Of a stretch of 64,000 nucleotides of DNA, positions 12,576-25,499 are shown one piece after another; positions within the stretch are counted from its first letter, which is position 1, and each line of letters opens with the position of its first letter. The notes below the pieces were generated by a model, which was given only the letters and a program-made list of their open reading frames with translations, ran no database searches and was not told the DNA's origin. This stretch comes from Octopus vulgaris (Eukaryota), in contig OX597822.1 of NCBI GenBank assembly GCA_951406725.2, positions 6,634,001 through 6,698,000 on the forward strand, written 5' to 3'. The position numbers and the translations under genes are program-made.

Positions 12576-12996
12576 GGATCTTTTCGGTTTGAACGGCAGT
12601 TTTTAACATAATTTCTAGGTAACTAAAAAATTTTAAACTTCGTATACTGGTAGAATGTGTTTATAAAACATCTTTTTCCCTTGGCTTTATTGAGAAAATT
12701 CTATAGTTTGTAAGATATTTGTTGTTTTTTTCCTTCAATTTCTGCAATTTCAACCAATCAATTACGTCTATTGAGGTAAAAATCATTCTGTGCCGTATGA
12801 ATATATCCCTCGTTTAAGAAACAAATTGGGTTTATTTACATTTGTGAAGAAAAAAAGATACCCTTCCCCCTAACCCTAACTAACCCTAATCCTAAAACAG
12901 ATTGAAATTCAATAGATAGATTCTAGGGTCATAATTATGGGTGACAATTTCATATGACACGGCTAGAAAAAACTGCCGTTCAAGCCGAAAAGATCC
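12576..12996. mobile_element. Non-autonomous DNA transposon (MITE), 30-bp TIRs, 8-bp TSD
   Basis: TIR ggatcttttcggtttgaacggcagtttttt / aaaaaactgccgttcaagccgaaaagatcc; TSD aaattaat at 12568-12575 and 12997-13004; internal taaccct repeats. Confidence 0.9.
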
Positions 12997-13625
12997 AAAT
13001 TAATTTCAATCGTGTTCTGTTTGGGAGAAAAATTTACAAGGCCTGAATTTTCATTATAGAAGTATCTATGGAAGACCGGTGGGATTATTATTTATATGGA
13101 CTTAAAGATTGACCGCAATTTAGCACGTAATTTAGTTGTTGCAGTTTACTATTAATACCGATGATATGTCTTTTTGTTGTGGTTTTATTAAAATTAGTTT
13201 TAATCCCGCCTATATATTGATTGATTGAAATAATGTGGTGATTAAGCTTTTACGTTTATATTACACTACGGAAGACGGTTGGGATTATAATTTTGGATGA
13301 CTTAATAGTGTTGTCGCTGCTTAGTTATGTGTTGAGAAGTAGGTGTCATTTACTTATTGAATTTATTTATCGATACGGTTGTACATTGGGTAAATGTGTT
13401 TGAAAGTTGTGGTTTCTTTGGTGTGTTTGTTCCCAAACAACACTTATTTTAGTGCTGTTGACAACGCCGGGTTCAATGGTACTGCCCAGGGTTCGAAAGT
13501 ATAATGATATCCGTGAGGCAGTTGATGATGGAGGCTTTTGGATCGTTGATATGGCTGCGGAATAATATTTATTATAACACATCCTTTTGATGCATACATA
13601 CATGTATATATACACACACACACAT

Positions 13626-14345
<720 letters not shown>

Positions 14346-14629
14346 CAACAATTGAGGGTAAAATTAATTAATCATTAATCAATTTCACCAAGTGTTCAGT
14401 ATGCAAAGGGACCATTTAAGGCGAATTCAAATTATTACATTATATAAAAGGGCTTAGTAAAATAAATTACTTTGCCGCATACTGAACTCATTAGAAATAG
14501 CAGCTAAAAAACTTTTTTAAAACTATTTCTAATACTTAAAGAAAATCTCTCTCATATATAGTGTTTGCTTAATTCAACTCACAAAAGTTTGGGGGTAAGG
14601 ACATTAAAAAATCAAATGCTAAGGTTATT

Positions 14630-14681
14630 TGAGAACGTACGTTTCAAGATTAGTCAAAACAACACTTCTATCTTCAGCTCA
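14630..14681 (-). ncRNA. Type I hammerhead motif, left arm
   Basis: Mirror copy of 14912-14963. Confidence 0.6.
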
Positions 14682-14911
14682 GAAACTCCTTGGTTTGGAT
14701 TTGGAAACACTGAAAGTAAGAACATACCCTTTCGAAGATCCGCTCGTAACTAAGCATAGCGTTTGATGATTTTAACCCACGCTGGTGGAAAGGGGAGAAC
14801 AGAAATTCTTCACTTGCTTATTTGGGTTTGTTGGCACTGTTAGTTACGAGCGGATCTTCGAAAGGGTATGTTCTTGCTTTCAGTGTTTCCAAATCCAAAC
14901 CAAGGAGTTTC

Positions 14912-14963
14912 TGAGCTGAAGATAGAAATGTTGTTTTGACTAATCTTGAAACGTACGTTCTCA
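14912..14963 (+). ncRNA. Type I hammerhead motif, right arm
   Basis: tgag CTGAAGA(14916-14922) t aga..tct t GAAA(14948-14951) cgtacg TT ctca; palindromic stem III. Confidence 0.6.
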
Positions 14964-15694
14964 AATAACCTTAGCATTTGATTTTTTAATGTCCTTACCC
15001 CCAAACTTTTGTGAGTTGAATTAAGCAAACACTATATATGAGAGAGATTTTCTTTAAGTATTAGAAATAGTTTTAAAAAAGTGTTTTAGCTGCTATTTCT
15101 AATGAGTTCAGTATGCGGCAAAGTAATTTATTTTACTAAGCCCTTTTATATAATATATATATATATATATATATAGCGGCGTGCGTACCCTCTCTCTTAT
15201 ATGTAGTACACATTTCTCTAAACTTGGTACGACTCTGTCTCTCTCTTCCCCCTCTCCTACTTTTTCTTCGCCTTCTTACTTTGCACGTCACTTTGCCCCT
15301 GTCTCTTTTTCACACTCTCTCTCCCTCTCTCCTCCTCCTCCTTAATTCCTTGTTCCTCTTTTTCTCTCTCTTCTCCCCTCCTTAATTCTTCTGTCCCCCT
15401 TTTCCTCTCTCTTCTCTTCACACTTGACTGACTGACCGACTGCTGTCCTTTTGGGGTCTAGCAGCCGTAGCGATAACATCTACATTTTTGTCTCTCTGCC
15501 CCAAGGCACATTCCTAACACGCCAGCTAATTTTAATCCGTCTAGTCGAGAGACGCCTGTTCGTGATGCCCTGTTATTGCTATTTTATTGTTATTATTATT
15601 ATTATTATTGTTTTATTATTAAATAAGTATTATTTTTGTATTCATATTCGTGTAACATCGTCCGTTTTTCCGTCCTTGTTTTGTATATATTCAA

Positions 15695-15823
15695 AGCTTT
15701 CTTCCAAGGAAACTAATGCGCTCAGCTTAGGTTTTCCTTTAGGCTGGCCAGACTGGAGCAATCTCAAGATTAATCAGCCGAAATTGCGAGGATGATCCGG
15801 TTCTTGACTGAAGATTGAAGGCT
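15695..15823 (+). ncRNA. Rearranged hammerhead-like motif, copy 2
   Basis: X agctttc / Y aaggaaact..ggttttcctt / II ggctgg / III gcaa-T-C / I tcaaga / II' tcagcc GAAA III' ttgc / I' tcttga CTGAAGA tt X' gaaggct; linkers of 10, 4 and 14 nt as in copy 1. Confidence 0.7.
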
Positions 15824-15919
15824 TCGAATGTCGCGTCCGTGTTTTTTGAATCGTCTCCTAAATGTTTTCCGTTCTTGTCACATTTTGTATTTTTATACAT
15901 ACATACATATGTGTTTTTG

Positions 15920-16001
15920 TGCTGCTGAAGATTGCATTTTAAATTGATGAAATGATTGCATTGTTCAATTAAATGGAGTTGCATGAAACGATCGTACAGC
16001 A
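15920..16001 (+). ncRNA. Type I hammerhead motif, apparently intact
   Basis: tgctg CTGAAGA(15925-15931) t tgca..tgca t GAAA(15985-15988) cgatcg TA cagca; perfect stem I, palindromic stem III. Confidence 0.8.
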
Positions 16002-16614
16002 TTATCTCTGGGGGATATCCTTGTTGCTTATTTTGATATATATATATATATATATATATGTTTGGAGAAAGAGTAAACAAGAGTGACAGAGACAGGCAGA
16101 TGCAAGGAAATGCCACTTGTATTTGAACACTATGCAAATATTCTTTTAAAAAATTTTTTCTTTTAATGTTTCTCAAATTTAATTGTGTTCCATACTTACA
16201 ATTGAAAAAGAACCAATGACTGAAACCGGTACTGAAATGTTTTTTATAAAATTATTTTAGCATTTTCTATCTTGACTTCTTTTTTCATATATATATCAAC
16301 TCGTGTGTTCCTTTTCAACCTTCTGAACACACACACACACTCATATATATAGATATACTTACATATACATTTCTATATATGTATATACGTATGCATATAT
16401 ATATATATGTATATGTATATATATCTGTGTGTCTGCGAGTGTGTGTGTCTGTATCTATGTATATATGCATGTAGATATATATTTGTATATGTATGAGTGT
16501 GTATGTGTATGTGAAACTTTTTTTCAAAATTCTCTACCGTCACACTCTATACAGGTTACGTAGAAATAGATACGAATAAATTTTTATTTTAATTTGTTTG
16601 ATGCATACGTTCAT

Positions 16615-16627
16615 TCGTATATCTATG

Positions 16628-16722
<95 letters not shown>

Positions 16723-16880
16723 TTATCTATGTGTATACATAAATATTTATATGTATATATGTTTGTATATATATATATGTATGTATGTATATATATGCAT
16801 CTATCTATTTAACTATCTATCTATCTATCCATCTATCTATCTATCTATCTATCTATCTATATATATATATATGTCTCTGC

Positions 16881-16955
<75 letters not shown>

Positions 16956-17032
16956 CATATATGTGTATTTGTATTTTAGCTATCTCTCCACCTATCTATC
17001 TTTATCTATATCTGTATCTGTATATATATCTA

Positions 17033-17064
<32 letters not shown>

Positions 17065-17073
17065 ATCTATCTA

Positions 17074-17127
<54 letters not shown>

Positions 17128-17144
17128 CATACATGGATAGAGAG

Positions 17145-17190
<46 letters not shown>
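16615..17190. repeat. Compound (TATC)/(TA)/(GA)/(CT) microsatellite
   Basis: Direct reading. Confidence 0.95.
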
Positions 17191-17195
<5 letters not shown>

Positions 17196-17727
17196 AAATA
17201 ACATAAAATGGCATTTTTATATATTACATTCTACTAAAGACATTCACAGCCACCAGGACATAACGCTTTGCGCAAAAATTGCACGCAATGTTGCCATTTT
17301 TGTATCAGACTTATAATCTTACTAATATTTCTGTTATCACGATAATTATCTTCGATATTATTTGCTAAATATTTTGTGGTACTTGAACTCTCTTGGGAGA
17401 ACTTATGGATGAAAATTTAAACAAGCACGAACTATATGGCATTTTCACATACTAAGGAAATGGCGGATTCAGCCAGTTAATATATCTTTGCTATTGTTTT
17501 AGAATACGAATGTCTAGAACCAAAATTATGTTGAATTCTAACCCGCTTTTTTCTAATGTTTTACTGTTTTAAGTCGCATCCTTGTCAAAGATTATATTAC
17601 CCAAAGATAAATCAGACATTCTGTTATATATATGATAAATATATACTTAAATGAAGGGTGTTGAGTATGTCTATCAATATATGTAAGTCGTTCATTCAAT
17701 GTTTCGGTAGAATTAAAATGTTGGTGA

Positions 17728-17930
17728 ACTGGCAGTATCATTAGCACGCTGGGCAAAATACCTCGTGGTATTCCGTCTGTCTTTACGTTATGATTTTAAA
17801 TCCGCGGAGTTCTACTTTGTCTTTCATTTATTTAGAATCGATAAAATAAGCAGCAGCTGAACACTATTGTCGATGATATCGACTAACTTCTTCCGACCTA
17901 TTTGCTGGCCCTGTGCCAAAATTTGAACCC
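17728..17930 (+). mobile_element. Old diverged family C SINE
   Basis: ctggcagtatcattagcacgctgggcaaaata..tactttgtctttcatt..tcgataaaataag. Confidence 0.65.
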
Positions 17931-19273
17931 AATATAACTAAACTCAATTCACCACTATATCTGAAATGATATCAAAAACTTGAGTGTGCTAGAATTTATA
18001 GTTTCTGTAATTATATGACATGATTCATAATGGTTATTATTTCTTTTTGTATTTTATTTAATTAATGTCTATTATTTTATGTGAAACAATCACCCTTCCC
18101 TGTCTTCGTGTATGGACTCATGTCAAGAGTACTGAAGTTCATTTTGAATGCACATGAGATATAAGATGTGAATTAGCATATTCGTGCAACATCGAAGAGA
18201 AGGCCTTGGGGTATCTATTCTGGTTCCATGTGCACTGATCCCTAATTCTGTCATAGCCAACTTTGCTTTTCACCATGGCAGCGTTTACGGCAAAGTACCA
18301 GTCAATTTCTGGGAATGATTTTTTTCTTTTACATGCTGTCTTTCTTCTTCAGTTTCTTTCAATCTCTTTCTCTCTGGATAATATCGCCTACATAGAGACT
18401 AGGAGAGGAATAGTGCCAAAAAACAGAACACGCTATGGCGAGGAATTGTGCCCAAGACAGACCATGCCATGATCATTTCACGAGTAAGCTAAGAGATCAT
18501 CATTACTACATCAAGTGCATGGATATCAACCACCTGATGCAATACCGCCATAATCACAGATATTGTAAGATAAAGAGGTCATCAGTGTTTTCATTAAGTA
18601 TTTGCGAGCTGTCGCTTCATTCCTTCTGGGAGACCGGTAGCTTTATCTCATACAAATGAAACATCGGACTCATACAGTAGTGCAGGAATGGCATGAACTA
18701 CATTTGCTTTTATCTGAAATACATGTGAAGGAGGTAGGTAGGGGAGTGTCGATTTGTTTGCTCTTGATTATTTTATAATGTTTATTAGTTGCTACGAATG
18801 GTATACTGATGAGTGTCTCTACGTATGGGTATGTGTGATGGTTGTATTTGTATGTGATTGGAAAAAGAAGTTGCATACTGACGTGTGTGTGTAGGCATGT
18901 AGGTGTGTGTAATTGTTCGTGTATGTGCAATTGTACCTACACATTTGCACAGCTGATTGTGTGAGAGTAATAATGTGTGTGCGTGTGAAAAGCTATCAAA
19001 ATTGTAAGTGTGACTAATGGGACAATTGAAACAAGGAAAGCACTAAAAGTACAAAAAAGGAAAAATTATCTGTTTGATCAACCATACAATCCAAAATGAC
19101 AAATTACTTATGATGTAAAGGATTTTCTTTGTTAACCATGACTACTAATAGCTGGTTACTATCAACCATTAGACTAAAGTTCAAAGGTCAAAGTTCATTT
19201 GGGATGGACATTAATTGATGACTGGAGGAGAAAGGAATATTTATAGTGTTTTATGAAGTCATGGTAGATATGT

Positions 19274-19319
<46 letters not shown>

Positions 19320-19596
19320 AATAGAGAGACAGGTAGAAAGAGACACAGAAATGGGGGCAGAGTGAAACAGAAAGGAATAAGAAAGGATAAGAGAATAAAA
19401 GAATGATGAATGATGAAGGGTGATGGTATGTGGCAGTGGTTTCTCGATGTTTGAGAGAGAGGAAGAGAGCAGTAGTAAGAAATTGGTTGACGTATGTATG
19501 GATATCAGTGTGGGTGTCATTACGGGTATGTAAATGATGTTGGTATGGCAAAACGGGTGTCAGGGTGGGGCGTTTGAAACGGAAAGGCACTGAAGC

Positions 19597-19783
19597 GTTA
19601 TTTCGTCTACCGTTACGTTCTGAGTTCAAATTCCACCGAGGTCAACTTTGCCTTTCATCCTTACGGGGTCGATAAATTAAGTACCAGTTACGCAGTGGGG
19701 TCGATGTAATCGACTTAATCCGTTTGTCTGTCCTTGTTTGTCGCCTCTGTGTTTAACCCCTTGTGAGTAGTATATAAATAGGT
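19597..19783 (+). mobile_element. SINE family C, 5'-truncated
   Basis: tatttcgtctaccgttacgttctgagttcaaattccaccgaggtcaactttgcctttcatcc.. Confidence 0.88.
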
Positions 19784-20013
19784 AGGCATTTTTGGTCCAG
19801 TGTTGGTGTGATTATCTACATATATGAACCAAACAGAAACAAAAGAATATGTGTATGTGTGTGTGTGCGTATGTGCGTATATATATATATATCTGCATAT
19901 ATATTTGTGTGTGTGTGTGTGTGTAAATATCTTATATATAAGCGATTCGCTAAATCATCCATAGATTTCTATGGCGCAGACATATATACTGAGAGTGATC
20001 GTCGTCCGGAATT

Positions 20014-20091
20014 AGCCGAGATGGGCCGATTCCACTGAAGAGGCTAGGGCGAAAGCCGAAACTAACAGATCAGCCTCGGAATATCTCGACT
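20014..20091 (+). ncRNA. Type I hammerhead motif with extended bulged stem I, cleavage triplet mutated
   Basis: agccgagat gggccg attcca CTGAAGA(20035-20041) ggct..agcc GAAA(20058-20061) ctaacagatca GCC tcggaat atctcgact. Confidence 0.55.
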
Positions 20092-20106
20092 GCTGCTTTT
20101 CGCGCG

Positions 20107-20165
<59 letters not shown>

Positions 20166-20167
20166 TA

Positions 20168-20226
<59 letters not shown>

Positions 20227-20869
20227 TCATGATATAAGGATAAACATACGTATGTGTGTGTGCACGCATGTGCACGTGTATTCGGTGTAGAGAGATATTT
20301 ATCCGTAAGGGGGCATATGGGGGTATATATAGAGACATAATTGAAAATATCGCTTATGATATACATCCAGCTGAAGCAGATATACGGGTATGACACTGAT
20401 AACCAAGCGCAAACCAATGAATTCATATACATATACATATGAATTCATACACATATGAATTCATACACATATGAATTCAGATACATAAGTCAATATAAAA
20501 GCGCAACAATATATATAATTAGAAATAAGTCCGTAGGTACATTCAACTAAAGATACATGAAAACTGACTCTTGTAAATTATGCATATATGTAAATAGTTA
20601 TGTATGAATGCTCGACCGCAAGCGCGCACACAGACAGACACACAAACACAGACACACACATATATACACACATTTTACATTGAACAACGTATGATTACAA
20701 ATGGTTATATAGGCGAACAGCATTGACTTTCATATCACTCTGGGGGTCTTTGCCAAATGTAAACAAATATCAATTACTTTCTTTTAAAGTCCATGACAAG
20801 AAGTTTTCTGATCGCTGGAGCGATACCATTAATTTTTGTATATCTCTGAAAGTGTGGCAGTATGCTAAG

Positions 20870-20996
<127 letters not shown>

Positions 20997-21011
20997 TTAG
21001 CATACTGTATA

Positions 21012-21060
<49 letters not shown>

Positions 21061-21080
21061 TATACATATACATACATACA

Positions 21081-21121
<41 letters not shown>

Positions 21122-21128
21122 GCACATA

Positions 21129-22409
21129 CAGTGGTTGGAGAAGATAATGGAAACACCTAGCAGCATAGCGTCATAATTTTTACATATCTGTAACACCGTC
21201 AAATGCTTGTTTATTTTTATGGTTTAAAAAAGAAATTATTATTAGTGTTGCTTAATATGTTTTGCTAAAACTGTTTGTGTGTGTAATTAACTGTGTGTGT
21301 GTGTATTTAAAATTCATTAAATTGACAGATCTATCGGACTTTCAAAGAGGTCAAATTGTTGGTGCTCCTATGGCAGGTGCTAGCGTAACGAAAACAACCG
21401 AAATGTTTCGTGCATCAAGAAGTACTGTCTCGAAAGAAATGAGAGCCTTTGAGAAAGAGAGAAAACCTTCTCGTCGAAACAAAACTCTGGAATTAAACCA
21501 AATCATTCCGATAGGAATCGTCGGACTCTTACGCGAATTGTTAGAAAGGATCACAAAAGTACAGCTCCCAAAATTAGTGCGGAGCTTAATGACTTTCTCA
21601 AGAACCCAGTTTCACAAAAACGTTTCGCCCTGAGCTGCACAAAGCCGGATTTTACGCGAGGGCTGCAATCAGAAAACCACTACTTTCAAAAACAAACGTT
21701 GCAAGGCGTATTTAGTGAAGTAAAAACCTACAGAATTGGTCCCTAGAACAGTGTAAGAATGCTGTTTTCTCGGACGAGTCATTCTTTACCTTATTTACGA
21801 CCACCGGCCGAGTATACGTGTGGAGAGAGTCAAAAGAAGCATTTGACCCAGACTGACTTCTTCCAACTGTTAAAAATGGAAGAGAATATGTAATGATCGG
21901 TGGGAGGAGGGGGCTATATCTTGGAAATCCGCCGACCCAATTGTTTTCCGTCATGGTAGAATTAATAGTCAATACTATTTAAGCATTTTATGTGATCAAA
22001 TTCATCCATTGGTTGCGGAATTGTTTACGGAGGGAAACGTAATCTTTTAGGATGATAATGCACCAATTCACACCGCTAAAATTGTTACTGAATGGCATGA
22101 GGAACATTCCAGTGAAGTTGAACATCTTATCTGGCCACCACAGTCCCCAGATCTCAATATAATTGAACATTTATGGTGCATTTTAGAAAAACAAATAAGG
22201 AGTCGATATCTTCCACCATCATCACTACAAGAACTGGAGACTGTTTTAGCTGAAGAAAGGTCAAAATTCCTTCGGAAACAATTCAAATTTTGAACGAGTC
22301 GATAGCTCGTCGAATTCAAGCTGTAATTACAGTCAAGGGTGGTCATATCCCATATTAAAATAATTTGTTTGAAATTTTAAGGTATTTCCATTATGTTGTC
22401 CAACCCCTG
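21129..22409 (+). mobile_element. Full-length Tc1-like DNA transposon, DD36E type (1281 bp)
   Basis: TIRs cagtggttggagaagataatggaaacacct / aggtatttccattatgttgtccaacccctg; TA flanks; internal transposase relic. Confidence 0.93.
21322..22358 (+). pseudogene. Tc1-like transposase pseudogene (stops and frameshifts)
   Basis: TDLSDFQRGQIVGA.MAGASVTKT (paired-like HTH); FSDES; *DDNAPIH..WPPQSPDLNIIEHLW; terminal KGGHIPY*. Confidence 0.92.
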
Positions 22410-22554
22410 TATATATATATATATATATACGAAAGAAGTTTTCAAAATGCAATCTAAAAGATGTTTATTTACCTTACCGGTTTCACTCGTTGGGAAAAGA
22501 TTGTCAAAATAACATGTAGAAGTTCGGTTGCGTTAATTATTGGTTGTTACAAAT

Positions 22555-22950
22555 TACTACATTACATATATACAGTCTTTGGTAACAGGGACATGTTAAG
22601 GACATAAAGAAGTTGAACAAGTCCCTTAAACATTGGGCACAAAAGATTACTACATAAATAATCATTCTCAAGGGCATGCTTAAGATAGTATCCAGAAGGA
22701 ATTGATATTGGTATTGTATCTGTATATTCAAACATGCACAGAATATTGGTTTACACAGAGAACTACAATCCATATAAATATACATTCTTTGATGACAAGA
22801 GCATGTTGAGTATATAAAAAATTTAACAAGCTCATTGAAATATTGGGCACAAAAGATTACAACAAATATATTATACATTCTCAAAATAATTTCCAGAAGG
22901 AATTATTTAAAAAGTTCTGTAAATATTGGTACACACGTACAGAATATTAT
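22555..22950. repeat. Diverged tandem duplication, ~210-bp period
   Basis: attgggcacaaaagattac at 22632 and 22842; tccagaaggaatt also repeated. Confidence 0.8.
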
Positions 22951-23495
22951 GAGTTCAAACAGGTTTACATTATAATAGTAGGGAAGCTAAAACTGACCTG
23001 TCCACCATGTTAACTTAAAAGAATATTATCTATTTCAAGGGACGCAGTAGGTGTGTTTGGTTGGGGGGAAGGAGGAGTAATGTGGAACTGAAAAGAATTT
23101 ACCCATTTTGATTTAGGGGTCACGATGGGGTGAGTGTGTGTCTTTGTGTGTGTGTGTGCATATACATTTGTGGTGTGAATAGATGTGTCTGTGTGTTTGT
23201 AAGATCTGGTAGGATGGTGTGTGTATATGTGTGTCCGTTTGTCAACCGCGTGTGTGGTTGTCTTGGTGTTGTGTGTGTATGGCATTTGGCATGGTGCTGC
23301 GTGTGTATATGTGTGTCTGTATGGAGGTCAGAATGGTGTGAGTGTGTGTGTCTTTGTGTGTGTATATATATATACATGTGTTTCTGCGTGTGAGAGGGGA
23401 GCTGTTTTTGATTGGTTCCAGGGTCCGTTGTGGCGTAAATAGATGTGTGTTATTTAAATAATTTTTTTGGTAGGATGGTGTGTGTATATGTGTGC

Positions 23496-23551
<56 letters not shown>

Positions 23552-24289
23552 TTAATGTTCCATTCCTGAACCTGCATTCTGTCATGACAGCTTTTGATCT
23601 TCCGTGAGCAGGTGAGGCACAAATTTTGCTGTAACTCTTTGTTCGAAATTCCTTGTTCAAAATTCGTTTGTAGGAGCTCCAAGACACACCATTCATATCG
23701 AGAAGTTCGACCATTCTCCGGTGCTGGTCCTTCAAGCAGGCGCGTCGCTGAGTCCCTACAACCTCTGCAGTCGCAGAGGGCCTCCGCGGTTGAGGGGTCC
23801 CTTAAGATCAAACTACATAGATGATCCATCTATTTACTTCGGTTAAAAGGTTAACTGAAAATTTCATGTCAGACGAGAAACAAAAATATGAGTCTGTACT
23901 GTAAAAAATTTAAAAGAAAGGAAAAAAGTAAATCAGAAAATGCTTTCCAAAGAATTCCCTACGGATAAAAGAAAAGCGAAAGAAATCCAAAACAATGAAA
24001 ATAAGAACAACTTCAAGAGAAAGGAAGAGAAAAAGAAGCAATGGTGATGAAAGGTGTTGGCTGTGTGCTTATACATACAAACATACACACACACGCATAC
24101 GTACACATTCATATATACATACACACACACATATACGTCTGATTTTTATCTGTTTCGGTCTACCAAGTTCATTCACAAAGCTTTGGCCAGCTCAGAGAGA
24201 GAGAGAGATGGACATGTACCAAACATACACGCGTATCTTAGTCTCTCCCTCTTTCTCTATTCATTTCTCTCTCTCACTGTATACATACA

Positions 24290-24340
<51 letters not shown>

Positions 24341-24346
24341 ATAAAT

Positions 24347-24580
24347 GTATTTCTTTACTACCCACAAGGGGCTAAACGCAGAGGGGACAAACAAGGACAG
24401 ACAAACGGATTAAGACGATTACATCAACCCCAGTGCGTAGCTGGTGCTTAATTTATCGACCCCGAAAGGATGAAAGGCAAAGTCGACCTCGGCGGTATTT
24501 GAACTCAGAACGTAGCGGCAGACGAAATACCGCTTAGCATTTCGCCTGGCGTGCTAACGCTTCTGCCAGCTCGCCGCCTT
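24347..24580 (-). mobile_element. SINE family C, full length
   Basis: Ends ctgccagctcgccgcctt; full body matches 10521 and 37292. Confidence 0.92.
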
Positions 24581-24594
24581 TATATTTATATATA

Positions 24595-24759
24595 TATTAA
24601 TAAATTTCATGGTAGCAAAACGTTTAGAAAAATTCTTTGCTACCAGTGGTCTAGCGAGATGAAATAACTAGTCAAGAGACTATATATTATTCATTTAAAA
24701 ATACAGTGTACTTTTAAGCACAAGAGATGGCCATCTCTATGTGTTTAAATGTACACTGT
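24595..24759. mobile_element. Penelope-like fold-back element, minimal form (leader plus 57-bp palindrome)
   Basis: Leader homologous to 53262-53360; palindrome acagtgtac..agagatgg|ccatctct..gtacactgt at 24703-24759. Confidence 0.6.
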
Positions 24760-24831
24760 GTATATATATATATATATATACACACATATATATATATACA
24801 TATATACATATATATATACCTATATATATAT

Positions 24832-24909
<78 letters not shown>

Positions 24910-24927
24910 AAGTTAATCCAAACAAGA

Positions 24928-24994
<67 letters not shown>

Positions 24995-24995
24995 T

Positions 24996-25034
<39 letters not shown>

Positions 25035-25323
25035 CCCCCCCATATATATATATATATATATATATGATGTTTTCATTTGACGTTCTTGGAAAGCTGGACA
25101 CTTTGTAGCCAGAACAGTCGGCTTTCTTAACCTAAAGCAATATAAACTGGAGACAAAATTCTTTCTGTACCAAAAATATGGCATAAGCGCACACGCACAC
25201 ACACACACACACATACTCACACACACACACACACATACACATACACATACACTGAAGATTGTGTTTGTGTATCTATCTAATACAGAGGGGTAGATAAAAG
25301 ATATACCGTTAGCTTATTTCATG

Positions 25324-25380
25324 TGTTGTATTTTAGAATCATCACAGCAGAGTATGCTGTGATGATTCTAAAATACAACA
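25324..25380. repeat. Perfect 26-bp inverted repeat with 5-nt loop
   Basis: tgttgtattttagaatcatcacagca gagta tgctgtgatgattctaaaatacaaca. Confidence 0.95.
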
Positions 25381-25499
25381 AGCTGTAAGGAACTATGTTT
25401 GGTCTTTGCAGATAATAAAGGTACGTAGCTTATGAATTTTGACTGAAGAAATGGGGCTCCGAAACAAAAAGTTGCAGTGGACCTCTAAAAATCATACGA

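Larger units (their letters stand above)
14346..15154. mobile_element. Penelope-like fold-back element, long form (leader plus 315-bp inverted arms, 86-bp spacer)
   Basis: Arms 14439-14753 / 14840-15154 near-perfectly inverted (mirrored ORF-track entries 14565+ and 14840-); each arm carries an HHR motif. Confidence 0.8.

Noticed and set aside
12868-12895. Telomere or chromosome-fusion scar
   Set aside because: Only about 4 imperfect units, lying inside a TIR element.
13060-13370. Duplicated ggaagac.g.tgggattat motifs as possible HHR relics
   Set aside because: No intact CUGANGA/GAAA pair or convincing stems.
14565-15028. Two nearly identical 62-aa ORFs on opposite strands
   Set aside because: A by-product of the 315-bp palindrome; non-ATG start and no recognisable protein.
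20000-20046. Fourth rearranged hammerhead (gtc cggaat tagcc gaga..attcca CTGAAGA ggcta)
   Set aside because: GAAA is replaced by GAGA, there is no linker and no X/Y helices, and a canonical type I fold explains the same bases.
23242-23829. 195-aa ATG ORF
   Set aside because: About half is CA-repeat translation and the rest has no recognisable motif; probably repeat-derived.
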